Below, piece after piece: positions 18,514-27,200 of a DNA stretch of 64,000 bases. The position numbers were made by a program, and so were the translations under genes. Under the pieces are notes generated by a model that was given only the letters and a program-made list of their open reading frames with translations, was not told the DNA's origin and did not search any database. Position 1 is the stretch's first letter. Each line of letters begins with the position of its first letter. Source of the stretch: Dehalococcoidia bacterium (GTDB lineage Bacteria > Chloroflexota > Dehalococcoidia > GIF9 > UBA5629); NCBI GenBank assembly GCA_003142375.1, contig PLME01000005.1:114582-178581 (forward strand), written 5' to 3'.

Positions 18514-20640
18514 TTATTCTAATTTAAACCTGCCTTCCTTGAAAAGCTTCAGGCAGATATCTACTACATCCGGGTCATAAAGTTTGCCCCTGCCTGCCGA
18601 TATCTCGGCCAGCGCCTTTTCGGGTCCCATCGCCGGCCGGTAGGGACGGTTTGATGCCATGGCTTCAACCACGTCCGCCACAGCCAGGATCCTGGCCTCA
18701 ATAGAAATGTCCTGGCCGCATAGCCCGGATGGGTAGCCGGAACCGTCCAGCCTTTCATGATGCTGTAGCACGGTCTGCGCAACCGCGCAGGGGAAATCCA
18801 TGCCCTTTATGATATCGTAGCCTCCCTGGGGGTGGGTCTTTATTATTTCAAACTCCAGCCTGTCCAGCTTGCCGGGCTTGCTGAGGATATCCGAAGGCAC
18901 ATAGATCTTGCCTATATCGTGAATGGTGGCAGCCATCTTGAGGCGCTCAATTTGATCGTCGGTTAGTCTCATTTCCGATGCTATGGCAGCGGAAAGTTCA
19001 GCCACTTTCTTTTGGTGGCCGGATGTATAGGGGTCCCTCATTTCCACCATCTTGGCCAGGGTATTGATGGCGTCGTTCAGAGTCTTTTTCAGAGCGGCAT
19101 AGCTTATCTGCAGTTTTTCTTCGGATTGCTTGCGTTCAGTGATGTTGTCGAACAGGGCCACAAAGTATCCCTTTTCCGTGCTGTAAACAGAGATGGAGAG
19201 CCAGATGCCCAGCGACCTTAAAAAAATCTCGCATTTTTCGGGTCTGCCGGATAGGGATACTCTCCCCAATATTTCGAAAAGCTCGGGGTCTGATTCCCGT
19301 ACGCCCGGGATGACCTCGGTCACCCTTTTACCTGCCACGTCCTTGACGCCGGTCAACCGCCCATGGGCATCGTTAACCAGGATGTAGACAAAGTCCTGCG
19401 GGCGGTCATCATCGAAAATCATCTGGCAGTAGGCCACGCCATTGAGCATATTCTCGAATAACGAACGGTAACGCCCTTCGCTTTCCTGGATTTTTTCCTC
19501 ATCCAGACGGTGCTCGGTGATATCGGTAGCAAAAGTCAGAGTGGCGGGACTGTTCTCCCAGATTATGCCGGCTGAGCTGATACGTACCCATCTGATCTTG
19601 CCCTGACGATCAATCAAACGGATACTGTAGGTTGCATCGAACTCCTCGCCCGACAGTCGTTTTAAATGCCGCTCGATGACCATAGCTCTGTCTTCAGGGT
19701 GGACGAAGTCCATAAAGTATTTTGGCTCCCTCTCATCGAGCCGGTAATCTGCCATGGCAAAGGCCCTGGGGTTGGCAAACACGACCTTGCCGTTCTGGAC
19801 AACAAAGATGCCTTCAGCGGCATTATCCACCAGGGTGCGGTATCTATCCTCGCTCTTGCGCAGGGCTTCTTCGGCCGCTTTGCGGCCGGTGATATCTATA
19901 TGCTGGATTACGGCGTTCGTGACCTTTCCATTCCGGTTGATAATGGGAAAAATCGTCACATCCAGGAATACTGAGGCCTGCCTTTCAAGGGTGAGATCTT
20001 GCAGCAACGATGTGTCATATTTGAGCTCAAACCTGGCGACCTCCCCCTTACTAAATACGTTTTCCGCCAGGGGCATAAAACCCTGACTGTCAACCAGGTT
20101 ATCCTTGAAGATATTGTATTTCCCGACGACGTCCTTTTCTGTGATATTTAATAATTTGCAGCAGGACTCGTTTATTCGAATAAGCGTGCCTTTGTCATCG
20201 GAGATCCACATGGGGGTGGGGCTTTGCTCGATCATGCTGTTAAGGAAAGCGCTGCTGATCCTGAGCTCTTCCTGCGTTTTTACCAGATCGGTAACCTCAT
20301 GGAAGAATTCCAGCTTGGAGATGCTGCCGTCCGGGTTCCTGAGAGGGGTATCGAACAGGTCGTAAGTCCTGCCTGTCCTGGGGTTAGACCACCGCCAGCT
20401 CACAGATTTGCCCTCGAATACCTCCTTATTCACGCACCAGGGGCATACCTGTTTGCGGCCGTGGAAATACTTGTAGCATTTCTGATTGCCGGGCGCTCCG
20501 AATTCCCGTGCGATTACAGGATTGACATATTCAATATCGCAATTGCGGTTTACTATATAGGCGCCATCGCTCATGGCGTTGAGGATGTCCTTCAAATAGT
20601 CCAGTGAGTCCTTCGTAATACCTTTCGTTGTCTTCTGCAT
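18514..20640 (-). CDS. multi-PAS HD-GYP c-di-GMP phosphodiesterase
   Basis: C-terminal HDIGK ... HHERLDGSGYP (HD-GYP). Several PAS modules. N-terminal Cys motif CYKYFHGRKQVCPWC. Confidence 0.8.
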   Translation of the reverse strand: MQKTTKGITKDSLDYLKDILNAMSDGAYIVNRNCDIEYVNPVIAREFGAPGNQKCYKYFHGRKQVCPWCVNKEVFEGKSVSWRWSNPRTGRTYDLFDTPLRNPDGSISKLEFFHEVTDLVKTQEELRISSAFLNSMIEQSPTPMWISDDKGTLIRINESCCKLLNITEKDVVGKYNIFKDNLVDSQGFMPLAENVFSKGEVARFELKYDTSLLQDLTLERQASVFLDVTIFPIINRNGKVTNAVIQHIDITGRKAAEEALRKSEDRYRTLVDNAAEGIFVVQNGKVVFANPRAFAMADYRLDEREPKYFMDFVHPEDRAMVIERHLKRLSGEEFDATYSIRLIDRQGKIRWVRISSAGIIWENSPATLTFATDITEHRLDEEKIQESEGRYRSLFENMLNGVAYCQMIFDDDRPQDFVYILVNDAHGRLTGVKDVAGKRVTEVIPGVRESDPELFEILGRVSLSGRPEKCEIFLRSLGIWLSISVYSTEKGYFVALFDNITERKQSEEKLQISYAALKKTLNDAINTLAKMVEMRDPYTSGHQKKVAELSAAIASEMRLTDDQIERLKMAATIHDIGKIYVPSDILSKPGKLDRLEFEIIKTHPQGGYDIIKGMDFPCAVAQTVLQHHERLDGSGYPSGLCGQDISIEARILAVADVVEAMASNRPYRPAMGPEKALAEISAGRGKLYDPDVVDICLKLFKEGRFKLE

Positions 20641-20729
20641 ATTTCACTCTTTCTCTATCCGGCATGAAATCAGCAGTGCCAAAATCTTTCAGTTTGCCAA
20701 TCATCCCGCCATATTTCTTTTTAAAAAAT

Positions 20730-20765
20730 AAAAAACCGGCCATTTGCAAATGGTCGGTTTCAAAT
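20730..20765 (-). terminator. putative rho-independent terminator downstream of the ADC-family gene
   Basis: On the minus strand the segment reads GAAACCGACCATTTGCAAATGGCCGGTTT followed by TTTTTATTTTTT. Confidence 0.4.
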
Positions 20766-20928
20766 TTAGCTATTCTTTATAGATGACTAAATCACAGCAT
20801 TCCCGTATGCACGGCTATTTGTAAATGATTTGTTTTAACATTCACTAATCCTTAATGCTAGTTATATTGACATAAAATGTCAAATACGCATGAACGTTAC
20901 GCACGATGAGGCGCTTGCCAGTCGTGAA

Positions 20929-21738
20929 CTAGGTGGAGCGGGTCAAGAAGTATGGGGCATCCCATTTTAAAAACGCATAGGGCGCGAAGGCGATGGGATC
21001 CAGCTCCGCCACAACATCGCCCTTCAACATGGTATTATCGCCCACTGCGTACGCTGCGCCGAGAATCCTGACGACCTCAACCTCTGCCCACGGGTCGTAG
21101 TCGGAATGCCCTAGCTCCACCTCTGCTACACCGAGCTCCGCCACCTTGGGACGCAGTACTACCCTTTCCCTGATGAGGCGCGGATTATAGTCGAAGCCGC
21201 TGCCATCCGAAGCAAAGAAATGCTTTACGTTGTAGGACACGGTCCCCTCTTCGGAAGATGAGTTAAGAACAATATCCACAAATTCACTGGTATTGGGCGT
21301 GCCGGTGAGTTTAACGCGGAGTTTGAAAAAGCACAGGCCGTGCCTTTCCAGGCTCCCTTCCATGGTGCTGCCGTTTCTTTTTAGCTGTATATTGGCCATC
21401 TTCTTGGGATATCCGAACACTTCCCGGCCGCCGGCCATGGCCAGGTCGCCGGTTACCGGCATGGCCAGGCAGTAATTGCCTTCGACGCCATCGTAAATAG
21501 CCCTCAGGAACAGGGCTCCCTCATAGTAAGGAGGTCCGAAGCTGGTTTTGGGATAGTAGGCTACAAAGGCCGTGGCGATGGGTTTGGGGGCGGGCGCCAG
21601 GGGAGCGGGCAACAGGCGTTTAACGATTTCCGGCTTAGTCTCCCACATTACCGTCAACATCTCAGCATCATAGAATTCGGATGTCTGACGTGCTTCAACC
21701 AGTTTAGCCAGGTCTTCCCAGCTTTGTACAAAACCCAT
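20929..21738 (-). CDS. acetoacetate decarboxylase (ADC) family protein
   Basis: YCLAMPVTGDLAMAGGREVFGYPKKMANIQL aligns with the ADC catalytic-core region (...GRE...YPKK). AAGGAG RBS. Confidence 0.6.
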   Translation of the reverse strand: MGFVQSWEDLAKLVEARQTSEFYDAEMLTVMWETKPEIVKRLLPAPLAPAPKPIATAFVAYYPKTSFGPPYYEGALFLRAIYDGVEGNYCLAMPVTGDLAMAGGREVFGYPKKMANIQLKRNGSTMEGSLERHGLCFFKLRVKLTGTPNTSEFVDIVLNSSSEEGTVSYNVKHFFASDGSGFDYNPRLIRERVVLRPKVAELGVAEVELGHSDYDPWAEVEVVRILGAAYAVGDNTMLKGDVVAELDPIAFAPYAFLKWDAPYFLTRST

Positions 21739-21963
21739 GATGATTCTCCTTTTTATCGTTGATTGCTGTGCGTCTCAGTTCGCGCCGGCCTGTACACCAG
21801 TCATACACTGTAATGACAGTATATAGTCTCCAGCATTGGTAGAGTCAAGCCTTTGCATGGTTATCAGAGCGACCCGGCAGCCACTGCTGCCAGGAAGTCC
21901 AGCGCATGGTAATCTCAAGGTCTTTGACGCGTCCCTAGCTGGCAATTGATCCGGTCTGAAAAA

Positions 21964-22037
21964 CGCGCCTGGAGGGATTCGAACCCACGACCCCCGGTTC
22001 CGAAGACCGATGCTCTGGTCCGCTGAGCTACAGGCGC
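21964..22037 (-). tRNA. tRNA-Arg (anticodon TCG)
   Basis: The minus-strand sequence GCGCCTGTAGCTCAGCGGAC...GGGTTCGAATCCCTCCAGGCGCG folds as a cloverleaf. 7-bp acceptor stem GCGCCTG/CAGGCGC, T-arm GGTTCGAATCC, anticodon loop CTTCGGA. Confidence 0.75.
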
Positions 22038-22367
22038 ATGACGAAAAATGAAGCTAAAATCGGCAATTTAAAAGTAGACATAACGGCACCAACGCCATTT
22101 TTGCTAATAATTTGCTAATAACGTTTTTCAAATGCCTTCATTTTCAGTCGAAGTATACTGGTTGCCAAAAGCATCGTCAAAGCGTTTAGCTGCTGCTTCT
22201 TGCATGCCAGTGGCTACATGGCGCCCTAACATTTCCTTTTGTCCTGGCAGGTGTTAAAATTAAATAGGAATTGTGATTAACGAAAGATCCCAAATAGATA
22301 TCCCGATAGACGTACACTTCAAATGCCCTTGTCAGCATAAAGCCGCAACGCGTAGGGGGTAGATACA

Positions 22368-22982
22368 ATGGCAATCGAAAGTGATGCTTCACAAAAGATG
22401 CTCAGCAGCCTCGTGCAAGTAGTAAACAGCATGGTCAACCTCCACGATCCCACCGCTGCCGGACACCAGTGCGACGTAGCCCTTCTCGCCAGGGCCATAG
22501 CCGAGGAAATGAGTAATGACCGGAAAGTGGTGGACTGCGTGTTTCTCGCTGGTCAGATACATGATATTGGCAAGATTGCCATACCATCCGAGATCCTCGC
22601 CTTCCCCGGCAAGCTTGACGATATTCAGCAGATGGTGGTAATGTGCCATCCCGAGGTCGGTTATGAGATTTTGAAGCCTATTGACTTCCCCTGGCCCGTT
22701 GCAGATGCCGTCCACCAGCACCACGAGCGGCTTAATGGGTCCGGTTATCCTTATGGCCTTACTGGAGATCAGATGAGTGTGGAATCAAAGATCCTCGCCG
22801 TAGCCGATGTCGTCCAGGCCATGCTCACAAATCGCTCTTACCACCCACCATTGGGGATAGAGAATGTCGTGCACGAACTGGAAGAGCACAAGGGAATTCT
22901 GTATGATGCCGAAGTGGTGGATTGCTACAAACGTATTTCAACCCGTAACGGTACCGGGTTAACTCGGTGCGGGAAGAGCTGA
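22368..22982 (+). CDS. stand-alone HD-GYP domain protein
   Basis: HDIGK ... HQHHERLNGSGYPYGL. RBS TAGGGGGTAG. Confidence 0.8.
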   Translation: MAIESDASQKMLSSLVQVVNSMVNLHDPTAAGHQCDVALLARAIAEEMSNDRKVVDCVFLAGQIHDIGKIAIPSEILAFPGKLDDIQQMVVMCHPEVGYEILKPIDFPWPVADAVHQHHERLNGSGYPYGLTGDQMSVESKILAVADVVQAMLTNRSYHPPLGIENVVHELEEHKGILYDAEVVDCYKRISTRNGTGLTRCGKS

Positions 22983-22990
22983 CCGCACAA

Positions 22991-23905
22991 CTAGCGTTCC
23001 AGGATATACTCGTCACCCGCTGAAGCTATAGAAATATTCTTCTTAGCCTGCTTAATGATGACCGGGTCTTGTGTCAGTTCCAGCACCTTCTTAAAATCGG
23101 CTATAGCCAGGTCATTCGTCTTCGAAAGGATATAGAGTATACCCCTGTTCATGTAAGCTTCCGGCATTTTGGGGTCCAGCTCTATTGCCTTGTTGAGGTC
23201 TGCCAGGGCCGCATCGTATTTGTCCATTTCATACAGAGCCCATCCCCTGTTGTTATAGGCAAAGGCCAGCTTCGAGTCAATCGCCAGTGCCCTGTTCAGG
23301 TCGGTAAGCGCCTGGTTCCAATCTCGCATCTTATCCAGGGCCCAGCCCCGGTTGCTGTAGGCATCCGCCAAAGTGGGGTCAAGTTCGACGGCGCGGTTCA
23401 GGGATACGATAGCTGCATCATAGGACTGGTCCAGGATTAAGGTCCTGCCCTGGTTATTATAAGCCTTGGCCAGGTTCTTGTACGCCGTGGAAGAGTTAAA
23501 GCCCAGTTGCAGCGCCATGTTCAGGTCTTCGATCGACTTATCGTAATCGCCGGTGCCGTCATAGGCCCAGCCCCGGTTATTGTAAGCCTCGGCCAGCTTG
23601 GGATCCAGCTGGATGGCCTTGTTCAAGTCATCGATGGCTCCGGTGAAATCCTTCTTATCGATGCGCGTTAGCGCCCGGTTGTTGTAGGCTGTGGCCAGCT
23701 TCTTATTGGCTTCCGGCATATCCGCCTTAAGATCAATGGCCTTCTGGTATTCGGCAATGGCGGTATCCCAGTTGCTTTGCTTGGCATTTGAGTCCCCCAG
23801 CCACATATGATCAGCAGACGAACCCGCGGCACATGCACAAATGGATAAAAGAAATACAGCTAGGAGCACGCTAAACCCAATGCGCATATTACACCTCTTT
23901 CTCAT
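22991..23905 (-). CDS. TPR-repeat lipoprotein
   Basis: Signal peptide with lipobox-like LSICAC. At least six TPR units with the AYNNRG / AYxNRG consensus. Confidence 0.7.
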   Translation of the reverse strand: MRKRCNMRIGFSVLLAVFLLSICACAAGSSADHMWLGDSNAKQSNWDTAIAEYQKAIDLKADMPEANKKLATAYNNRALTRIDKKDFTGAIDDLNKAIQLDPKLAEAYNNRGWAYDGTGDYDKSIEDLNMALQLGFNSSTAYKNLAKAYNNQGRTLILDQSYDAAIVSLNRAVELDPTLADAYSNRGWALDKMRDWNQALTDLNRALAIDSKLAFAYNNRGWALYEMDKYDAALADLNKAIELDPKMPEAYMNRGILYILSKTNDLAIADFKKVLELTQDPVIIKQAKKNISIASAGDEYILER

Positions 23906-24035
23906 ACAAGATTACCCATGCTGCTGACCGGATATATAAGCCTCTTGACCTGCCCTATCTTCCAGAAATAAACGGGGATTCTCGCCAGCATTGAATTCAA
24001 TCGAATAAACTGCCCGCCTGCGCGGGCGAGGAACC

Positions 24036-24248
24036 CTATTCATATACCGATTGCGTTACGTTAGCTTGGGTTGTGGGCACCAGTTCCCCGAACGAGCCGC
24101 CCACAAAAGAATACCCATGCGTGCTCTGGGTCGTGATGTTAAAACCGTAAATAGGTGTAACGGACAGCACCACCGAGAATATAATCAACGCCAGGACGAC
24201 GGCCAGTATCGTCTTGGACTGCCACTTCTTAAAATCTATTCCTGCCAA
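24036..24248 (-). CDS. small membrane-anchored protein (70 aa)
   Basis: ORF-track entry. One N-terminal TM helix after a basic segment. No recognised family. Confidence 0.3.
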   Translation of the reverse strand: MAGIDFKKWQSKTILAVVLALIIFSVVLSVTPIYGFNITTQSTHGYSFVGGSFGELVPTTQANVTQSVYE

Positions 24249-24415
24249 CTTTGCACCTCCGATTTGCCCTTCCAGCGCTGTGACACACTCTTTCTATCTA
24301 TTATAGTCTACTACGATTATAACAACCAGCATAATACCTGTCAATATGTTAACACAGCTATGTCCACGAAATAGCTGCAAGTATTTCTCCACGACCATTC
24401 CATAAGGGCAATTCC

Positions 24416-25258
24416 CTATTCTACCGCGTCAACATAGATATATAGAGGTTCCTTGAAATAAGGTTTTCCCTCGCCGCCTTTATATAGATAAAAATTAATT
24501 TTTTGGGCAGCACCCGCTTTTGCCAGGACAAAATCCACTTTTCCTTCCCACTTTGCTCCATCAGCAAGCGCCCAAGTCGACGTATCGCTAACCACATTTT
24601 CATCTGTGACTGCTCTGATCGAGTAGGCTGTCGTCTGGCTTTCATGGTTTATCACTACTGCCGTGATGGTTACATTGTCACCGGCCTTAATCTGCGTGGG
24701 ATAGTTCTCGGCCTGGCCTTCAGCGTTAAGGATATAGAATTCAGTCGGCGCCGGTTTCTCCGGCAGGGCAACTTCAAAATAGATTAGACTGCCCGCTATG
24801 CCAAATACCGCCAGCAATGCAGCAACCCACACAACCTTCTTTGCCCGCGGCATCCCCTGCCACCCTTCCCAGTGGGGTACCATTGATATGTAGAGGCGCA
24901 TTTCCACCGGCAGCACCAGTTCCCTGATGAATCCGATGATGGCGGCAATCAGTGTAAATGCCGCAACAGACAACAGTATTGGCATCAGCTTAATGCCCCA
25001 GGGTGTGAAATTCAGAAATAAGCCGATGATCGGCACGGCCGCAATGCTCACGCCGAAACTTAAGGCGATGCGCTCGACCATTCCTATATCAACCTGTTTT
25101 GGAAATAAAGCAGATAGCACAGCATACCCGGGGAAGAAGAGCAGGCACAGGAAACTCACGATAATGCGCACCGGGCCGGAGGTGAACAGGGCCAGGGGGA
25201 TTAGCGCTACCGTCAAAATGACTATTGCTGCCAGTATTACGCGGTTGTAGAATCTCAT
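24416..25258 (-). CDS. polytopic membrane protein with beta-rich extracytoplasmic C-domain (DUF1616-like); paralog of 29244..30140
   Basis: Four N-terminal TM helices, then EFYILNAEGQAENYPTQIKAGDNVTITAVVINHE. The second copy at 29244 shares this block (EFYVLGNEGKAENYPRDVKLG...VNHE). The DUF1616 family assignment is tentative. Confidence 0.5.
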   Translation of the reverse strand: MRFYNRVILAAIVILTVALIPLALFTSGPVRIIVSFLCLLFFPGYAVLSALFPKQVDIGMVERIALSFGVSIAAVPIIGLFLNFTPWGIKLMPILLSVAAFTLIAAIIGFIRELVLPVEMRLYISMVPHWEGWQGMPRAKKVVWVAALLAVFGIAGSLIYFEVALPEKPAPTEFYILNAEGQAENYPTQIKAGDNVTITAVVINHESQTTAYSIRAVTDENVVSDTSTWALADGAKWEGKVDFVLAKAGAAQKINFYLYKGGEGKPYFKEPLYIYVDAVE

Positions 25259-25824
25259 TTTACTATTGTAAATACGCCGGTTGTCCCGTTGATATCGACG
25301 GTATAGCTTCCCGGGTCTATTAGCACTACTTTAAAATTCAGATGCATTATGGTATTCGGCAATATGCTTACTTGCCGTATGTTGAACACTTGGCCGTTAA
25401 TCTTTAGTATGACTTGATGCCCGATCTGGCTGCTGTCCAGGTTGGTACCGCTGAACCAGATGTTCACCATCTCTCCCGGTCGTGCCGTCAGCGGCTCGAT
25501 CCTCACATCGCTTATTTTTAAGGGAGTTACCGCTTTTTCTGTGACCGAAACCGGTGTTTTGCCTGCTGATTTTTCTTCGGCGGGTTGAACATCAGGTATC
25601 TTGGCTGGGCTCGGATCCTCCACAGCTACGGCCATGATATCCGCCGGGCTCAACTGGTCTTCAGGCGGTTCCCTATCATTACTATTCCGGATCAGCACGT
25701 ACCCGGCAAACGCCAATGCCGCGATAACAACAATTATGCTGACCGCTGTCAGCGTGGTCTGGGCCCCGGCTTCCATGGCCCCGCACGCTGGCAGCAGCAT
25801 GCTGCATTGATAGAAAAGCGCCAT
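25255..25824 (-). CDS. signal-anchored extracytoplasmic protein (Pro-rich linker plus beta-domain)
   Basis: N-terminal TM anchor, Pro/Glu-rich linker, C-terminal beta-strand-rich domain. ATGA-type overlap with the downstream DUF1616-like gene. Confidence 0.5.
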   Translation of the reverse strand: MALFYQCSMLLPACGAMEAGAQTTLTAVSIIVVIAALAFAGYVLIRNSNDREPPEDQLSPADIMAVAVEDPSPAKIPDVQPAEEKSAGKTPVSVTEKAVTPLKISDVRIEPLTARPGEMVNIWFSGTNLDSSQIGHQVILKINGQVFNIRQVSILPNTIMHLNFKVVLIDPGSYTVDINGTTGVFTIVK

Positions 25825-25959
25825 CTAGCTACCAAAACCTCCCATAAATTTTTACCAGAATATTGCTATTTAGTTATTATTAGTTACTTTAACTTACTTG
25901 ACAAGGAATATCATATATTATAGTCTTAACTTGCAATATTAGGTTGAAGGGATAGGTAT

Positions 25960-26199
25960 ATGGTAACGACGGTAACTATCAGCACAATCACGATCATCGC
26001 CGCCTCCAGTATAGTGGTAGGCATTGGTATATTCGCCACTGTATTGCTAATCGGCTTTCTCTCAACACGGGAATTACTCCACGCTGACGGCGGGGTTAAG
26101 CAGAAGCTGTTGGCTAAGTCGCTACTGGTTGGTATTATCCCGCTATTGATTGGTTTTCTTATCATTGTTGCTCTCAAAGTCGCCGAGATACTAGCTTAG
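25960..26199 (+). CDS. small hydrophobic membrane peptide (79 aa)
   Basis: Track ORF with two or three clear TM helices (ITIIAASSIVVGIGIFATVLLIGFL ... LLVGIIPLLIGFLIIVAL). GGGA-containing RBS. Its 3' end overlaps the CPBP gene. The competing minus-strand ORF 25926..26177 looks like its shadow. Confidence 0.3.
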   Translation: MVTTVTISTITIIAASSIVVGIGIFATVLLIGFLSTRELLHADGGVKQKLLAKSLLVGIIPLLIGFLIIVALKVAEILA

Positions 26200-26985
26200 A
26201 ATAAACGGCGCTATTAAGAATAAAACGACATTGGCAGTGCCGTGTGAAAGGATCGCTCCCAGCAGCGATCCTGTTCTTTTTACCATAGCAGCGAAAAACA
26301 AAGCCACAAAGAATACGAAAACGACGTCGCCCCACGAGTAGAAGCCCAGGTGCAGGACCGCGAAAATCAGGCTGACAAAGATAATCCCCTGCCGTCCCAT
26401 TGCCTTTTCAGACAGCTTCTGCAGGATGCCGCGGAAAATCAGCTCCTCTATCATGCCCGTTGTGATTATTAGCACCAGCGCTGGCAGCCAGATGCTCTGC
26501 AGCGAGAACGTATTTATTAACGGACTCGTACCGATAATAAGATACTCTACTAATCCTAATGCGGCGCCGCTGATAATGCCCCCGATGATCTGCAACGGCC
26601 AGTAGCGTAGGGTGAGGCCGACCTGGGCGGGCTTAAGGCCTGTCACCAGCATTACAACTATGGCAGCCGCTAACAAAGGAGTATAAATTATGGGAAACCT
26701 GAAGACCAGCGAGAGTTGTCCCAGGGGTAAAGCGATGCTCATGATACGTACCAGGGGCACCAGGCTCAGCGCCAATACCAGGTTTCTTTTCCCCGGATCC
26801 GATATGAAAACGGACTGAACGATAAATGCTGTGAGAATTAAACTATAGCCGATCACGCCGGCCAGCGGGTAAAGATAAACTGTCAATACCTCTGCCGCAG
26901 TAATGGCAACCAGGTATATCCAGAAAGGCCATGCTATAGCTTTAGATGAAGTCGATTCTATGGCTTTCACTTCACATTGATCCAT
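26191..26985 (-). CDS. CPBP family intramembrane metalloprotease (CAAX protease / Abi)
   Basis: All three CPBP motifs: EELIFRG (EExxxR), FAVLH (FxxxH) and HGTAN (HxxxN). 6-8 TM helices. Confidence 0.75.
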   Translation of the reverse strand: MDQCEVKAIESTSSKAIAWPFWIYLVAITAAEVLTVYLYPLAGVIGYSLILTAFIVQSVFISDPGKRNLVLALSLVPLVRIMSIALPLGQLSLVFRFPIIYTPLLAAAIVVMLVTGLKPAQVGLTLRYWPLQIIGGIISGAALGLVEYLIIGTSPLINTFSLQSIWLPALVLIITTGMIEELIFRGILQKLSEKAMGRQGIIFVSLIFAVLHLGFYSWGDVVFVFFVALFFAAMVKRTGSLLGAILSHGTANVVLFLIAPFILS

Positions 26986-27200
26986 AAACGAAGCGATAGA
27001 TAGGGGGTAACCTGCCCGGTTTTGTAACGGTTAAAATCTTGTTCAGCAAATTTGATTTTCCTTTGTCATAGAATTAGCGAATATCATAGCAAAATAGAAC
27101 TGAAAAATATAGAAGGACGTGTAGATTTATGCATCGGCATTAATTGATACTATCAACTGCCGGTTGCCCGTGATAGAATTATCTGCAATTCACACACAGG

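Noticed and set aside
25926-26177. Minus-strand 83-aa ORF between the anchored protein and the CPBP genes
   Set aside because: Its translation is compositionally odd (Pro/Ser/Thr/Asn-rich, no RBS). The plus-strand overlapping ORF gives a clean multi-TM peptide. The minus ORF is treated as its shadow, though neither is certain.
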